A DNA stretch of 64,000 bases from Trichoplax sp. H2 (GCA_003344405.1 NOWV01000114.1:1-64000), one strand, 5' to 3'; positions 47,650 to 63,491 are shown, counted from the stretch's first letter. Notes: generated from the sequence alone by a model not told the origin. A program made the numbers and translations.

Positions 47650-49476
47650 AAAATTGTTAATTTTATTAGATAGTTTCGCTAAGACTTATTACATTATTAT
47701 TGGTTATATGGAATTTTGTTATGAAATAGCTTTATAGTGAATATGTAAATCGAATTATTTGTACATTCCTTACAAGTTTTATTTCGTCTTATTTGTAAGC
47801 TTGCAATTTATACCGGATCTTTAAAGATAGCCGTGCAATATTTTCTGTATTACTAATGCTATATTCAAATAGGTTACATTTAAAGATTTAATTCGCCAAA
47901 ATTTTATCTAGCAATGAAATATCTCCGTAATTACCTCTCTGGTAGTAGGTTCTACGTAGAATTTATAATTTTATCTTGCTAACGTATTACAGAGTACATC
48001 GGTGTATGTAATATCAGTACTTAATTGAATCCAAACATTAGCATTTAAATCTAGTACAAAGTTTGTTACTTATTCTTGCTGATGGCATTCAGAACTTCTC
48101 AGATTGAGTTCTTCCGCATATGCGTATAAGCTTAATTTCAAACTTTTGAATTTCATTACAGTATTTGAATCATTAAGATTCAAAGATACTTTAATTGTAT
48201 CAATTCGAGCTTCGATCTATAAGCGTGCTCCCATTGCTTGTAACGATAGTTGTTATTTTTTTCAATAATTATGTAATGAATGATGTGAACAATAAACATG
48301 CATTTTTGCATCTTAAAGTGAAATTCGCATGATCTGTACTATTCCAGACGTATAACGCAGTATCGATTACACTGTAAAATTACGTTTTCTTCCTAATTTT
48401 GAACAGCATCGTTGTGGCTTTAATTACACCAATTAACGAGACGAATGTTTAAACTAAATTATCGCAAAAAATTAATTTACGTGTGCATTTACGGTGGTGA
48501 CAAGCGCTTATGATAGCTGAAACAATGAAGTAAAGTCATACACTGCCCAGCTGTATAACTGTCCATTGTACAAGTAACAGGTGATCATTATGATTACAAG
48601 ATTCAAGATATAATAGGTCGTCGCAATTGAAGCATCTCTAAAAAATATACACGTACAGTATACGCAAAAAATAAGCTAAAAGACAACTTTTAGTAAACGC
48701 TAGCGTAGCTAGTAATAATTTACTATTAATACGTATGCTACACAGTTTTCAGTACCGGTATTCAAGAAGTCATAAGTTTATTTAAGTGCCATTACAACTT
48801 TGATTTTAGTTATTAAAATGCAACGAAAGCAAGGTATACAAATAACCTGCGAAGGTATTTTAGTACACGTCAGAATTCTATTTATTTTTAAATATTATGT
48901 CACATACAAGAAGTGATCGAATTATGCGTATGCATTCGTATTCCATACTAACGGCATATGTGAGTACCATATACTGAATTAAGATAACATATGTGTACTA
49001 ATACATCCGATAAACATTTATCAGGAAGAAGGAAATCTCTAAGAAAGGAATTAAGAAGGATAACGAGTAATTGTACTGTACTTATTTTATTTTCATTCAC
49101 CCTACAAATAGTCAAATCATGAACGAGGATACAAAAAAAAGGATCACTATCGGAATTTATAACTATTATAATGAATATTCTAAGTTGATAATCATCGTTA
49201 CACAATAATAAGAGCTGAATTAGTAGTGATCGTAACCGATATCTACAGAACGATATTTTATATATCGTTAATCGAATGTAAATGATAAAGTAAAATAAAA
49301 TTATACCATCATAATCTTCTACTTTTAGGTGATGACTGTATCATAACGTCTTTGTATCTTAATTAACTATTTCCAATAATTTCCTTAAAATATGAATTAT
49401 ACGCACATGAACTATATGTTATTATTCTAGTTTTATTAATCTTTGGCACTTAAAGAATTTCTTTCCGTATCAGAAA

Positions 49477-51212
49477 TTAATCGCCATATCTCCTGTCTGA
49501 AATTTTCATTTGACTAAGGAATGGTGCGCTGTCGGTACGCTGAACCACATTCAGCCCATCATAGTATATACCGCTTTCATTAGATGACGATAACCGCTGC
49601 ATTGAATGTTGTAAAACATCCATCGGGGCAGTGACTGATGTCACCGAGTTTCCATAAGGTGGGAATTTACAGACTTGATAACTTAATGCATTTTGACTAT
49701 TGACACTAGATGAAGGTGTTAAGAGTCTATTTGGGTGAACAGAAACTGGATTAGTACTATTACTCCCCATACTAACACACGGTGGAGGATAATACTGTGG
49801 TGGTTCCGAAGTGGATGGTAGAGAGAAAACTTGCGCTTGTAACGCTCTTAAACCGTAGCATGACGGATTGTAGATCCTTTCTTTTCTACGCCAACGTGCT
49901 CTGCGATTCTGAAACCAAATCTGGTATTGAAATATTTCAATAGAAGTTTTAAAATACTGAAGTTGCAAGCGTTAACTACACAGTAGTAAGTCACCGTATA
50001 CTTTCTATCATATCTTAATCTACTATTTACTCGTATTATTAACATTCTATCACAAACATTTTCAAGTGCTATTATACAAAACCTACGTTTTTAGGATAGT
50101 TGTAGGAATTATAACTTACGTCACAGTATGGATATTTTTAATTAAATAAAATTTCAGGTATCAACTTACAACCAGTTCATTGTAATAGAGAATAAAATTT
50201 GAACAGAAGAGTTATTGATATCTTTCTTATACCAGAATTTTATTCAAACTATAAAAAATTTCGACTAAATTTTATCGCTATCAATTCTCGCAGATCGTAA
50301 AGACTAATAACTACGAAAAGTCGTGAATTCTAATTTCTCCTATAATTATTATTTACTAATGTATTTTAATCATTTGATAATATCTACCCAAAACGACAAT
50401 AAATAAGATCAAAAGACTTATTTTTTAATTGCTTCCATCAACCCCTTGCATATTTGTTAACATAATCCTACATAGAAATGATTAATTCTATATTATTTAT
50501 TAATTCTCTCATAAATAATTGCTCCTTCTAGGCTAGAAAATGAGCGTTGATATACGTATGGTCATATTATATAAGCAAAAATAGTAAAAAATTTGCAATT
50601 CCTAAAGCTCCTAACAATAACTTATTACTTGAAACTTAGTATTTTAATCAGGGGTAGATTCAGAACTCAAATACCTTTTTAATTAGTCAATTTTATAAAT
50701 TAAAACGATTAGAATGTAGAAACTCCAATGAACATAGGAAGTATCAGGGAAATTAATTTAGAAGTCAAGAGAATGGGAAAAATTATTCTTAATTTATGGT
50801 TACTACTTTTCATTTTAGTATTCTAATGATAAAATTAAACCATCAAGTCGATTAAATAATTATAACGGCTACTTTAATGTGATAATGAGATAGTATTTGA
50901 TGATAGCTAAATCTGATTAAAATGTCTGCTACTAATTTTATATCAGCAACCTGTACAGGATAGCATAAGTGCTCTTTAAAGTTACGAAATTGAAACTAAT
51001 AGACCTACTTGAATTCTTGCCTCAGATAAGCCTAGTTTTTGCCCAATCTCTTCTCTTGCAACTATATCAGGATAGTGCGTTTTCTCAAACAACGACTCTA
51101 GATCTTTTAGTTGATCACGTGTAAATGTCGTTCTAGCACGACGTTGTTTCTTAGCCATATTACTGATCATCTGATGACTAACGCCGTGGCTAATAGACTG
51201 CTTAGCTTCCAT
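49477..51212 (-). CDS. PRD-class (paired-like, Q50) homeobox transcription factor, 2 exons (51212-51009, 49920-49477)
   Basis: [61 protein letters not shown]. The intron between homeodomain codons 46 and 47 is typical of the PRD class. An upstream exon is possible. Confidence 0.93.
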
Positions 51213-54200
51213 ATTTCTATTTTCGATGACGGTATTATTGAAACGTATCTGATCGAAAAAATTAACACGATTTTACTCTTGCTACTGTTAAGTTACTGCT
51301 GACAGTTGTGTTAAATCGAATCAAAAAATTTTCAATTAAATCATTCTGATCATAATTATTAATAATGCTATGATTTTCATTATTACAAATGTAATGTCAA
51401 GCATAAATCAGTTAATGGCAGGGGTACGCTAGTAATGACCAGTTCAATATACGTAGTGATTAAAGCACAATTTAAAGTGTTATTTAAAACAATAAAAATT
51501 CATTTAAAATGAAGATTTTATCAGATATTGAAACATTAAAACATGTAGACAGATATTCTCATTAAATTTAAAATATTTTTTGTTATTCGGAAGTTGCTAA
51601 ATTGAAAACTATCGTTAATGAACAAAAGGAAAACGAAAAACAAAGTAAATAAAGAAGAATATAGTATGTACTAAAGGATTGTAAACAAAAATAAAAGGGA
51701 ACTGTTATTATATAATACATTGTCGTTTATATCGACTGTACGCATTTAAGACAATGCTTAAATGTTTGCCAGATTCGGAGTGATGATGGTTTAGTGTTTA
51801 ACATACTATACCGTATCATTAATGACACGATAATGTTGTTAATGTCAAAGTTTTTGATAAGAGTAAGAATGATTAATTTCTCATTACGATCGTGATTGAC
51901 ATGAAATATTCAAAGTTGTATAATACACTTCATTGACATCTTAATTATCTTCATTATTAAATAATTGTATCATATTGATACAACAATCAGAAGGGTACAC
52001 CATAAACCGTTACAAGTTCTTTCAATTTCATGCACAGATCATTCAACTGAAATTGAGTTCTTGAGCCCGTATCATCAATCAGCTTTTTAAATAGTATTCA
52101 GTAATTCAAACGTGGTTGCACAGTTTAGAATTATCATACTGCATTATCATAAGTAATTTCTAGCAGCATAACTTAAATATTATTTAAAGCGACAGTATCA
52201 CTTTAGTATTTTGCAGAAGTATATACATTGTATGTATACATTGTACAGGAAAGTGTACTTTCTATAGACTTAATTTTTTAAATTCAGTCAGGTAGGATAT
52301 GTTCTATTGACTAAAGATCAGTGTTAATTTTAAGACAAAGTTGTATTCTCATCATCTCATTGTGCAGGCCTAAATTACATTGTTGTGTCATTTCTAACAT
52401 TTTTAATTTAATTACCATGCGCAAATTACATCCTAAATACTTTATTTATTGAAAGTATTACAAGTAAATACCTACAGTAGCCCTAAAGAGTCGATACTGT
52501 TCTTCTAATGATCTACATATAAGGTAGTATGGTTCTCATGAATTAATCTAATATTAACTAATTAAAATTTTGAATACTGTTAATGTAAATGTTAAGAATA
52601 ATTGTCAAGCAATGATTGGCATCGATTTGAATAACTTTATAAGTTTATCGCAAATCTAAAACTGATGTTTTATATTCATTGTCGTAGCGGTCTATCTAGT
52701 TCCAATTATTGTAGTCAAAATTTTGGGGATTTATTAATGTAGAAGGAAGAATACAAATTAATAAACTATTTTAAATACTGTACAGCTGCCGGGCTTGTTG
52801 CCTACTATTAACTTAGCCTAATATGACTAGATATATATTATTAATTATAAGATATTACTTAATCTTCAAATTATACTCTACAAAGGACATACGAAATGCC
52901 AAATTCAACGTAATAAAGAAACTAGCCAGCAGTAAAGATATTCAGGCCGTACAACTAATGTATTAATGTTTACTGCAATGATGGAATAAACTGCTTAATA
53001 CTTTACTTAAAGCAAAAAGTAATTGCTGTAATTAGTTTCGATTTAAACGTAATAATATCCCTTCTTGTTTTTATTTCTTGAAACTGAATAACTTCTATTC
53101 TATTTCTTTTTAAAGTAGAATATCACGATGAAGGCTATATTTCAATGAAATTCTGTAAGAAAATTTTTGAATAAAACCTCGATTATGTTTTAAGAGATTA
53201 GCCCAATTATGCAGCGCATAATACACTACACTAGAATCTACACTTGTTAAATTAGTATTAAATACCTGCTGTTATCTGTAATCTCTACAATCAGATTCTT
53301 TAAATAATACTTTAAAGGTTACTATGTAATAAGAAAACTCGTATAGCGACATAAATACATACGGCGGTTAATAGTAGATATTACTAGGTAGTCAGTGATG
53401 ATTAATGGCGTATAATAAATAGTTTTAGAAATGATATCCTCATATAATTATACAATTTAATACTTACGGTACGTCGGGCTGTGTTGGCACCAATTAATGA
53501 TAATACTATAATACATATGTATGAATGATGAGATTGAATTTAATAATTACAGTATTGCTCTAATATTATACTGTCGTTTTAATTTTTTTCGTGTTTAGAT
53601 GTTCTTATTTACAGTTAGACACAGCACTATTTATTATTTCTAATTTATAGGTAGCGCAATTTAATGAAATTGCCAATATCATGACTCACGACCGAATACT
53701 TGATAGGTAAGGAGCCGTATAAAGAATTCTGTATAATACAGTAATAAGGTTTACTAACTTTTGTCTAATCGGACAATAGACAGCATTAACTTGGGCAAAG
53801 AGGAGGTGAAAATTACAATTAACTGTAATTATCAGTCAATTAAATTTAGTACGTCAATTCTGATATTAAGAACGTCTCGTGCACAAGCGTGCAGTATATA
53901 CAGCTCTTTGCCGTTGACAATTGAAGTATAGTACATTAAGAGTACGATAAATATGGACTATGTGATAAGATACCGGGTATTTACTAATTCATCCTTTTAT
54001 TAAATGGGAAAGTATTTAAATCTACTCAATTAAGTCATTACTTTCACGTCGCATCATATCGTACTACAGTTGTTAACGGCTTCCTGATTTTCAAGTCTTT
54101 AATTTTTAAGAATGGATTCGATATTAAGGGCGATTATCGCACAGAAGTAAACAAGAACGTTTCATTGTTCTTAATGAATTATTGCATTATTTTCGTTAAA

Positions 54201-56894
54201 TTTTTATAATCAAGCAGCATTTTATTAAATTAATTCAAACACCACCTTCAAATGTTACACTGAATTGACGAGATATGTCTCCTTAAATACTGTATGTGTA
54301 AGATACAATCGAAGGCTATCTTCAACGTAGACTAATCAATACTCATGTCATGAATTCAGCTTGATTTTTTAATACTTTTATTTTCAATATTGTAATATAT
54401 ATAATGTATAGCATCATTAGTTTTTAACTATCATGCTGGAGATTGATGCCAATGAATGCAATATTTACTAGTACGTTTATTGCAGTTATTAGCAGCCGAG
54501 ATATGTTTATGATGTCGTATACAAGATCGTTCACGTAAGCAGTGGAGCTTTGTAAATAGTTTGAATTATTATTATAAATACAAATGTGCAGTACTGTTAC
54601 TGCAATGCGAAGATTTTTAGAATATTATACAGATGCGCTCATCGTAATGCGAATGACTGGATATATATCCGTATTCAGTATAGTGAATTAACTCAGATGA
54701 AGAGGCTTTGCAGTAGATTTACTTGATCTAAAGCTTACAGAAATACTCTAATCCTTGGTATGATGTAGGGACTTCTCTCAGAAGTCGCTGACATGATTAA
54801 ATTATCAATTAGAAATGGCAAATAGTTCACATTTGAAGCTATAGTCACCTTTAGAAAGATGTGAATAAGACTCAATTTAAGATTCGAGCTTTTACTTTAA
54901 GTTCATTAAGAATACGTGTACAGCTTGAGAGAAGGCCTTTGAAGGCATTTTTGTCGGAAGCTCTTCCGTAATTTTATAAAACTTACACTCTATCGGAAGT
55001 ACTAAAAGTACAGAAATGGCTAACTGTACTATATTGGGGATTCCTTATGATTTCGATCCATTAATGTTTCGAAACCGTACTGAAAAGCGTTGCGGACTTT
55101 GCTAACATATAATATGAAAGGATATGGAACGCGAAACTTCACAAGCGCTCTGCCGTTAGTTAACTATTATAAACAGAAAATAGGAGTTGATATCACATTC
55201 ATTTTCCCTTAAACTTTACAATACGCGTACCTTAGATACTATGTAAAGCAACTGTATTGCCTTTTGCTTTTGCAATTTTGGCACGATGAAATCTACCTGA
55301 CTTATAATAAAAAGATTGTAGTGCATAAGATGTAAAGCAATACATTGTAACTTCAATACTGTATGATGTAGAAATATAATATCCTGAATCATAATATACC
55401 CTTATGATCTATAGCAATACTATGTTATAATTAATCTACTTATTTAAATTAACTTTTGTATTTATCAGTTGCACTGTGTGAATCGAGTAATAAACTACCT
55501 AACTTACTATGCTTGGCTATTTCTTTGCTAAAATACACTACATTACTTCGGTAGTCATATCTTAATTTTATACAGTCTAGAAAGTACCTAAAAACCTATT
55601 TTTATAAAACAGTAACTAGAACATAGACTAGAATGAGTAACGGTACGCAACCTAATTTCGAAATTTTAATTGTACAGTAGAGCAATTTAGTCTCGTCACG
55701 AAATATTTAATCTAATTTTTCATATATCTGCATTCAATTGATCAAATCATAATACAAAATATTTAGTAACGTATCCGGTATGCCTTCTAAGCTTTGATAG
55801 CGCATGTAACGCTATTAAGCAGTCAATATAAACTCATCTTACTACTGCAGTATATCAGTCTTTTAGCATCTTTTAAATCCCATCTTGAACTGATATTAAA
55901 TTTATCTTAAGTGTACGTATTTACTGGATACGCATATACTCTAAATTGCTATATGACTAACAGTATTTAGTAAACGTTCTGTGATTTCAATTAACAACAT
56001 TAACTCTATTTTGTACTGGTATATCAAAGCCTATGTCAAAATGATACATATTCGCTTAAAATCGTCCCCTCATTCTGCTATAAGCAAATTGTTAGCCTGC
56101 TAATGATTCAAATACACAATATTACGAGAATTAAAAGAATTAACTGGAGTAATTGGCAATTTGTGAAGACATCGAATTACAGCCTAAGCGGAATTTAGTA
56201 GAGTTGAATTTAGATTACGAGATTTTTTCATCACTTTACGATACTATAATACAATCTGTTAACACGATCGCCGGCAATTGATCATACAGAATTTTCTATT
56301 TTATACAGTGATGTATCTACAACGTAATGTTGACAGCTTGATATCCAAGTAACAGCAAATAGAATTAAAATAAATAGTGCAAACAGTACACTCTGATGTA
56401 ATTGTGTTTAATAAAATTTGATTGCAGCATTAAACTACTAAATTGTAAAGTATTCTAATGGAATCATTACTGGCCTTGGATGATGAAGTCATTCTAGTAT
56501 CAGCAAAAATAAGCGAATAAAGAATTTAACAAATTGACAGTGAATATCTCGCTAATCTTATCTGATAGAAGGTCTATTGCAGACTGAAGTATATACAAAA
56601 CTGGATATCTTTAACATAAGCGTGGTTCGATGAACCATATTTACAATTTTAATTTATCTATGGTACCAGTAAATTTGTAATCCCTAAGAGGATATTTGAT
56701 AACATATTTTATATCATTAGATAAACACTGGATAAGACAGATACGATGAACTACTTAACTGAAAATTAGATCCTGAAAATACCATACAACTATTAAAATA
56801 CTCATACAAATTTCTCTTATTGAGTAGATCATAGCCTACAAATCCTTATTAATAGTATTTCCAGAGCGATAAATGTATTGAAATTGCTTTTCTA

Positions 56895-59606
56895 TTAAAA
56901 AACTTGAATAAATGCCGATGTTGATCCGTCTCTCCACATAGGGCCATGCGCTATTCGGGCCCGGCAAAGAGGACAGCTCCTTTCACGATCAAACCACAGT
57001 GATATACAGTCATCGCAAAATATATGCTAAAATGTAAAACAGCGATAATATTAAATTAAAGATCGTTCAATAAGCGAACAATAAATTTCTATCCATACTT
57101 TACAATCAAGCTTGATTGGTTCCTTTATTTCCTCCTGGCAGATAGGACATAAAGCTCCTGATTCAATAAGTTCTTCTTTGGTTGGCGTTGTTCCGTATTG
57201 CTTTAAGATAGTATGAATATAATATTATTGTCTTAGTATAATATGAACTTATAAATTCTGAAATTTATACACCTAGCTCCCTTATTGAACACAAGATTCA
57301 GAAACTGCTCTTACAAGATCTTGCCAAAGGCCTAAATATGATTGATAAACCTCACGAAGCTTGCTAAAGGTCATAACCCCCTAAAATATGCAAAAGAACT
57401 TTAAAGGATTGATATGTATATACAAGAATATCTGAATGGAACTGCTACATCTTAAGTGCAAAATAAGACAATCTGCTTGAATATCAGCAAACATACTTTA
57501 ATTGCAAAGTATATTGCTACAGAAGCAACGGAAAAGACGTGTCCAACATCGTCATTTTCGGAAAAGTACTTCGACCATAACGGTATTGGGATTAACATCC
57601 GATATAACTGAGATAGATGTTCTAAGAACATGTAGTACTTTCCCTGAAATATAGCAAATTATATCTATATTACGCGATACATCTGGTGTGTAATTACGTA
57701 TGAAAGAGAAGAATCAATGGGTAACTAACATACGAGACACCGATAATTCTTACCACATACGAACTCACTTTCGAATATAATTAGAGGTTTATTTCATCAT
57801 CTAATATATACTGTATCTTATAGATTCGTAGTTGATATGGTTGAAAACTATGTAAACTTACCCTCATTTTAAACGCAATGACGCGCTTGCATAACGATGC
57901 AATAAGGCACTTGAGCATCATCGTCACAAACCGTATCACATAATCTGAAATTATTCAATAACCAATATTTTCTGGTCATTATCATCACAAAATCCATATG
58001 ACCAAAGCAACATACAAATTTTAAGTTATAGTTCTTAAACATAAAGCCACTACATTACAATTTTTAAAGTCTTACTTTTAATTACAGAGTGTGATCATAA
58101 TTTACTTTAGCTTTATTACATTACCTGTAATTCCTACAACCCAAAACACATTCCAAATGGTACATTCCTTAAAGTTCGCCGCCATCAAGTATAAACTATA
58201 GTAGTGTTATCCAAGTTATTACCTGAATTAGTAAATTTACCTATACTGCAAGCAAAGTCTTGATTGCTATAACAGCACAGATATATTAACGCTTCCATAG
58301 AATATGTCTTTAATTTAAGAAATTACAGAAGATAATTAAAGTATAATTATGTATAGAAGCTGGTTAAAATACCATCTATAGAGTTGCTGCTCATGAAACA
58401 CGTAATATATGAAAAGGACATTCCCAAGTAAAAATATTATCATCCATAGCAATATACGAAATTGCCTACGCTCCTGTATCAAAGTAAACAAATTTTGTCA
58501 TCAGACTACAAATTACCGAGAGATTGGTATCATGCAGTAGTAATTATCTGATTGACAGGTGGCCATGGGTAAGCAAATTGTTGAACCTACCAAACTTGCA
58601 TGTAACTATTTATACTTTGTATATATTTTAAGACTATTACAGTTTAAGAAGTTTACTGCAATTAAAATTACGTATACTTGACCTTCAGAGCTACTTGTCT
58701 TCTTACGGTATTGTTACCATGAACAAACGTAACACATAGACCTAAAAATACAAGTAAACCTGCAACCGGAAAGATCAATTATAATTATTGTCAAATCTCG
58801 TAGGAATATAAGGTCAATATTACCGAAGCTTCACAGTATATTATGTATTCGGTTATCTTATACTATGTAATTTGTCCAAATTATAGTATGAAACTTAATA
58901 AACGAAATCGTTAAGCATAGATTAAATTAGTGTAAAATTTAATTATAATACAGTATAGCATGTTTCTTTTCACGTTGGTAAATGCATAGTGCAGTAGCTT
59001 AAACTGCGCATTTAATAGTTAAGAGCATTTACGTATATCAGAATGCTAAGCCATGAAATACAGTAACTACTGTACATACATATATAAAATTCAAATTTAG
59101 TTACCCAGTCGATGATCCCAAAAGAATCGAACTAAGATTAATAAAAAGAAAGGTACATGTTTTTCTAACCACTTCGCAACAGCATTAAACTCCCCACGAC
59201 CATTCCCGGTATTAGAAGCAGAATTATTACTGATATTTGCAGCATCTTCTTCTATTGGTGATGAAGTATCAGCCAATTCGCCCAAGTTTACAGTATTAGA
59301 AAGATGATTGTCTGTGTGACGCCCACTTAGAGCAGGATCAATATCATTCGGATGTTCAGATGATAGGGATGATGCCGTACGTTGCCCACCATTACCATTC
59401 GAAGGCACTGATAAAGTAGGAGAGAAACTAGGGTTTACAAGGTCAATGAACATTGATCTTAATGTAGCATATCCACTGCTTAATTCCGAATTATTATTAT
59501 TCAAGTTCGTCTGATTGGTGTTAGAAAATGACCAAGAAGCAGATCTTGAGTGATTCATATATGCTTGTCTGTGTGATCGGCCAAACGGGTTATCATGATC
59601 TGCCAT
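56895..59606 (-). CDS. RNFT2: RING finger and transmembrane domain protein (RNFT1/RNFT2 co-ortholog), multi-exon
   Basis: Low-complexity N-terminus, [18 protein letters not shown] exons, and C-terminal C3HC4 [43 protein letters not shown]...WRDGSTS. Confidence 0.88.
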
Positions 59607-60379
59607 GTCAGTTGAGTAACGCAATCCTTTAAATGTTTATATGGTAACACTAACCTGCAGCCAAAAAAATAGTTCTCCGGTTGAGTAAATAAAAGGTTTC
59701 ACAGGGTATGACTGGATAATACAGTACAGTATAGTACTGTATAGCACAGTGAAAGATTCTCGATTGGATCTAACACTATTTATTGCATTACAATGATCTG
59801 CACAGCGTAACTGATATTGGCGGAAGATAATTTCGTGATACAAGAATATAAATTGCTTTGCGTAAAACAGTACCGTATGCGGTATAACGACGAAGATTAT
59901 GCCAGGGCTATGTAAAGATTATAATTGCATTTTTATCCTGGTGAAGGTAAATATCTACGAGAAATACTTTCATATTTCAGAATTTTATGGCTCTCGCAAC
60001 CATGCTTACAACGGTATAGAACTTCTGAAAGTCCTGAAAAAAAGATAAACTCCAATCAACATAAAAATTAACATACTGTACTGTTAATATTTGTAACTTC
60101 GAAAATACTGTACATAACGATTATTCAACAATGAACGTAGTCATGCATGAACACTGGACAGTACTTACAGTAATATAGTTAATTAATTACTATATATATA
60201 TAAATACAGTGCAGTTATGGTGTCCAGAAGTGTAGAAAGGTAGCGACGCGATTTTGGGATTTGCAGTTACTGCAACAATAATATATCTCGTATGATTTAA
60301 TAATTATAGGGATTAAAGCGTAATTTGCTTCTGAGTTGACAGGTGAAATGTAGTGTTGTACTGCATCGCTTAACGGATA

Positions 60380-60730
60380 CAATACTGTACATTTACTGTA
60401 GTACTCTGTGTGTGTATGTGTAGAGATTCGCGACGATAGTAGTCGGGGGTCACGCAGTGAGAGGACAAAATATACAGTATGTTATCGGCCAGGCTGCCCT
60501 TCTTACAGGTGTAAAGTACTGTACTGTATGTACTGTACACTGTACTGTACCTTCTTACAGGTGTAAAGTACTGTATGTACAGTACTGTACACTGTACAGT
60601 TGTAACTGTACTAGTACTGTAGATGTAGAAAACTGTTACTTAGCTATACAGTACATTGTACACTGTACTTACAGTACGGTACGATACAGCGGTTTAAAAC
60701 CTTTTTGTACAGTGTACTGTACAGTACAGC
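60380..60730. repeat. TACAG/CTGTA array with a short tandem duplication between divergent RNFT and ARPC3
   Basis: ccttcttacaggtgtaaagtactgta occurs twice (about 60499 and 60550) among pentamer runs. Confidence 0.85.
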
Positions 60731-60910
60731 ATACAAAATACTTAAGACACTGCTAGCGAAGCGGCACGGTACTGCACTGTCCTTTAAAACCTTTTAATTA
60801 ATCTATCTACTGTTGTCATCTAGTCCTCCCGCTGTCCTCAGCTCTCTATCGTAAAAGTAATTTTTCCTCCTTAACGTTTTACAGCCTTTCCCTAGACTTT
60901 GGCCATTATT

Positions 60911-63491
60911 ATGCCTGTAAGTAACCCACTAATTTCTTAAATATTTTAAATTTTTATAATTATAGTATAGTGCGATTACGTGTATATTAGTTACAGCGCT
61001 GTATAGCATAGTACTGACCAGACCTCTTAGTATCGACACTGATTTTGCAATTTCGGTGATTGCTTTTCGGATGAACTCTTGAAGAAATACAGTTGTACTG
61101 AAGGTGTACACTACAGTATTTACGTACAGTAAACGGTACAATCGCAATTCGATATTCTGCGCATTAATTTATAACTGTACCTAATATCAAATTTAAAATT
61201 ATATATTTTACATTAATCTGACTTTGATTCTGAGTGACCAAGGTATCCATTTGATCCAAGTCCGATACAATACTGTACTGTAATAATTGTGCGTTATGAT
61301 TATTATGGCTATTTGGAAAGACTTACTTTTGCGAAGTAACGTTGCATTTATTTATTCTCGAATCGGGTTAATTTAAAGAATCATTTACTTAAACGTTAAA
61401 CATATACGCAATACAGTATGTATACAGTAGTACTACAAAATAATTTCGGTAGTAACCTAACAAGAATCCGCACCAGTGATAACTATTACTGTGTTGTTAC
61501 GTATATTTGAAATCTGAAGCTGATTTTACAATTTTTCAGCTGAGTATGAAATTACATAAAGTACATGATGTGATAATTATATTGCAGTTATCAGTGACTT
61601 ACTTTACAGTCTCTCTCTGCCACTGTATAGTTCTATATTACACCGCAATAAACGCATGAGTGGGCAGCTAAGTGCCCTGCGATGGGCCTAGTATTTTACG
61701 AAAATTTACGTAAGATCCGTAACATGTGATAATTATTATTGTAAGGTGGATTACGATACCGTATCAGTTACTGTACTTCGAACGAAATCTAAAAAATAGG
61801 ATAAAAATGCTTTATTTAAGGCTTATCATTCTAGCTTTGCCAATCAAGGAAAGTCTATTGGTAACGTGGCCTTACTACCAATAAATACATCTTATAAAGG
61901 TCCCGCTCCAAAAGGAGGTTGATATTGCAGTACAGTACTTGAAAGATTGTATAATAATAATAGTTTATAGTAGAATTAATCTGATAGACGTATTACGCCG
62001 TCCCTAGTAATGTACATTATATTTGATACTAATGATACATTTTATTTCTAAGATGGATCTCCAGACATCATCGAGGAAGCTTTATATTTGTTCAAAGCTA
62101 ACATTTGGTTTAAGAATTATGAAGTTAAGGTTAGTATGTTTCGGTTTCACGGTACAGTAGTTGCTAAGAATTGCGTACTTCGTCTATTCTTAGAATAAAA
62201 CTTACTGAAATAGTTGTTACTTCTCAATCATACAACGCCATAAGCGTTGGATGGTAATAATGATACGGTTGCCATAAAACACTACAGTACAAGGAGATTG
62301 CGGATCGGCTGCTGCGATATATGCTTTGTGTTATCTATTAATACAGACTAGGAAACCAATATATAAAATTATCTTCCCTGTATAGGATAAAATTTAAGCT
62401 TTCTTAGTTATGACGATATAATATACTCGTATGTTAATTAATTATTCTCCAATATTTTATGTATGAGTAAGTAAGTCTATGCAGATTTAGTGGTCTTAGT
62501 CAGAAAATAGCACTAGCTTCCCGGTCATTGTGTGCGAGTATAGACAGCTAGTATTCTATAATATAGTCTCTTCAGTCCCCTTAGCTGAGAATTTTACGAA
62601 GTAAGGTACTGCACTGTAGCTTACCAAACTTGTCAAAATGGCCATAAGCTGAATTTTGATATTCAACGATAGAGCCATTCGTAAAGCATGGAACTATTTT
62701 TATTCAAAAATTACTATCGTATTCGTGTCATGTTTGTATTTAATATGTACACTTATTATTTAGAGCGATGCAGATAGAACTTTGATATACCTGACTCTTT
62801 ATATATCTGAATGTCTTAAAAAATTGCAGAAGGTAAATTGAGATAAGGCGTGCTTTAACAGCGTCTTCATTTCTAATAATTTTGATGAGCTATTACGTGT
62901 AATTGGGTCGTGATTGCATTTTATATGCTTTGTCTTTTATTAGTGTCCAACAAAAAATGCTGGTACTAAGGAATTATATACAGAAGCGTTAACCAATGTT
63001 GTTATACCAGGCGAGGCTGGATTCCCTCTTAGTTCTTTGTATCAGAAGCCCTCAAAATCAGACGGTGGTACTGCTGCATACATTAGCGATAAATTACCTA
63101 ACATCGAATAAATAGAACTGAATATTAACTACATACGAATATACGAAGAGTCACATTTATTTTACGTCATATTATTGCTTACAATTTGGATGACACTCAA
63201 ACTTACATTTATTTAAAAATGTTATCATTACTAATTTCTAATAGATTTAATGAGACTATATTTCACTCAATTACGTCAAGAGCTTGGTGTTCGTTTATTG
63301 GAAAAGGTCTACTGTGAACCTGATGGCAAGCCTAGCAAGGTATTTATACTTATATGAGAACTGATAAACCATTACGCAATGAAACTAGATATGGAAAATT
63401 GAATGTCATTCATATTGCTCGAATGTAATTCTAGTGGTGGATGTGTTTTTCCCGAAAGAAATTTATGGACAAGCGACTGGGGCAACCTTAA
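60911..63491 (+). CDS. ARPC3: Arp2/3 complex subunit 3 (p21-Arc), 7 exons, first coding exon 6 bp
   Basis: Not in the ORF track. Spliced exons give MP|AYHSSF...GNVALLPI...KGPAP...DIIEEALYLFKANIWFKNYEVK|SDADRTLIYLTLYISECLKKLQK...PGEAGFPL...KPSK|WWMCFSRKKFMDKRLGQP*. Confidence 0.96.

Noticed and set aside
62511-62552. Possible Helitron end in an ARPC3 intron (...gacagCTAGT)
   Set aside because: No convincing subterminal hairpin.
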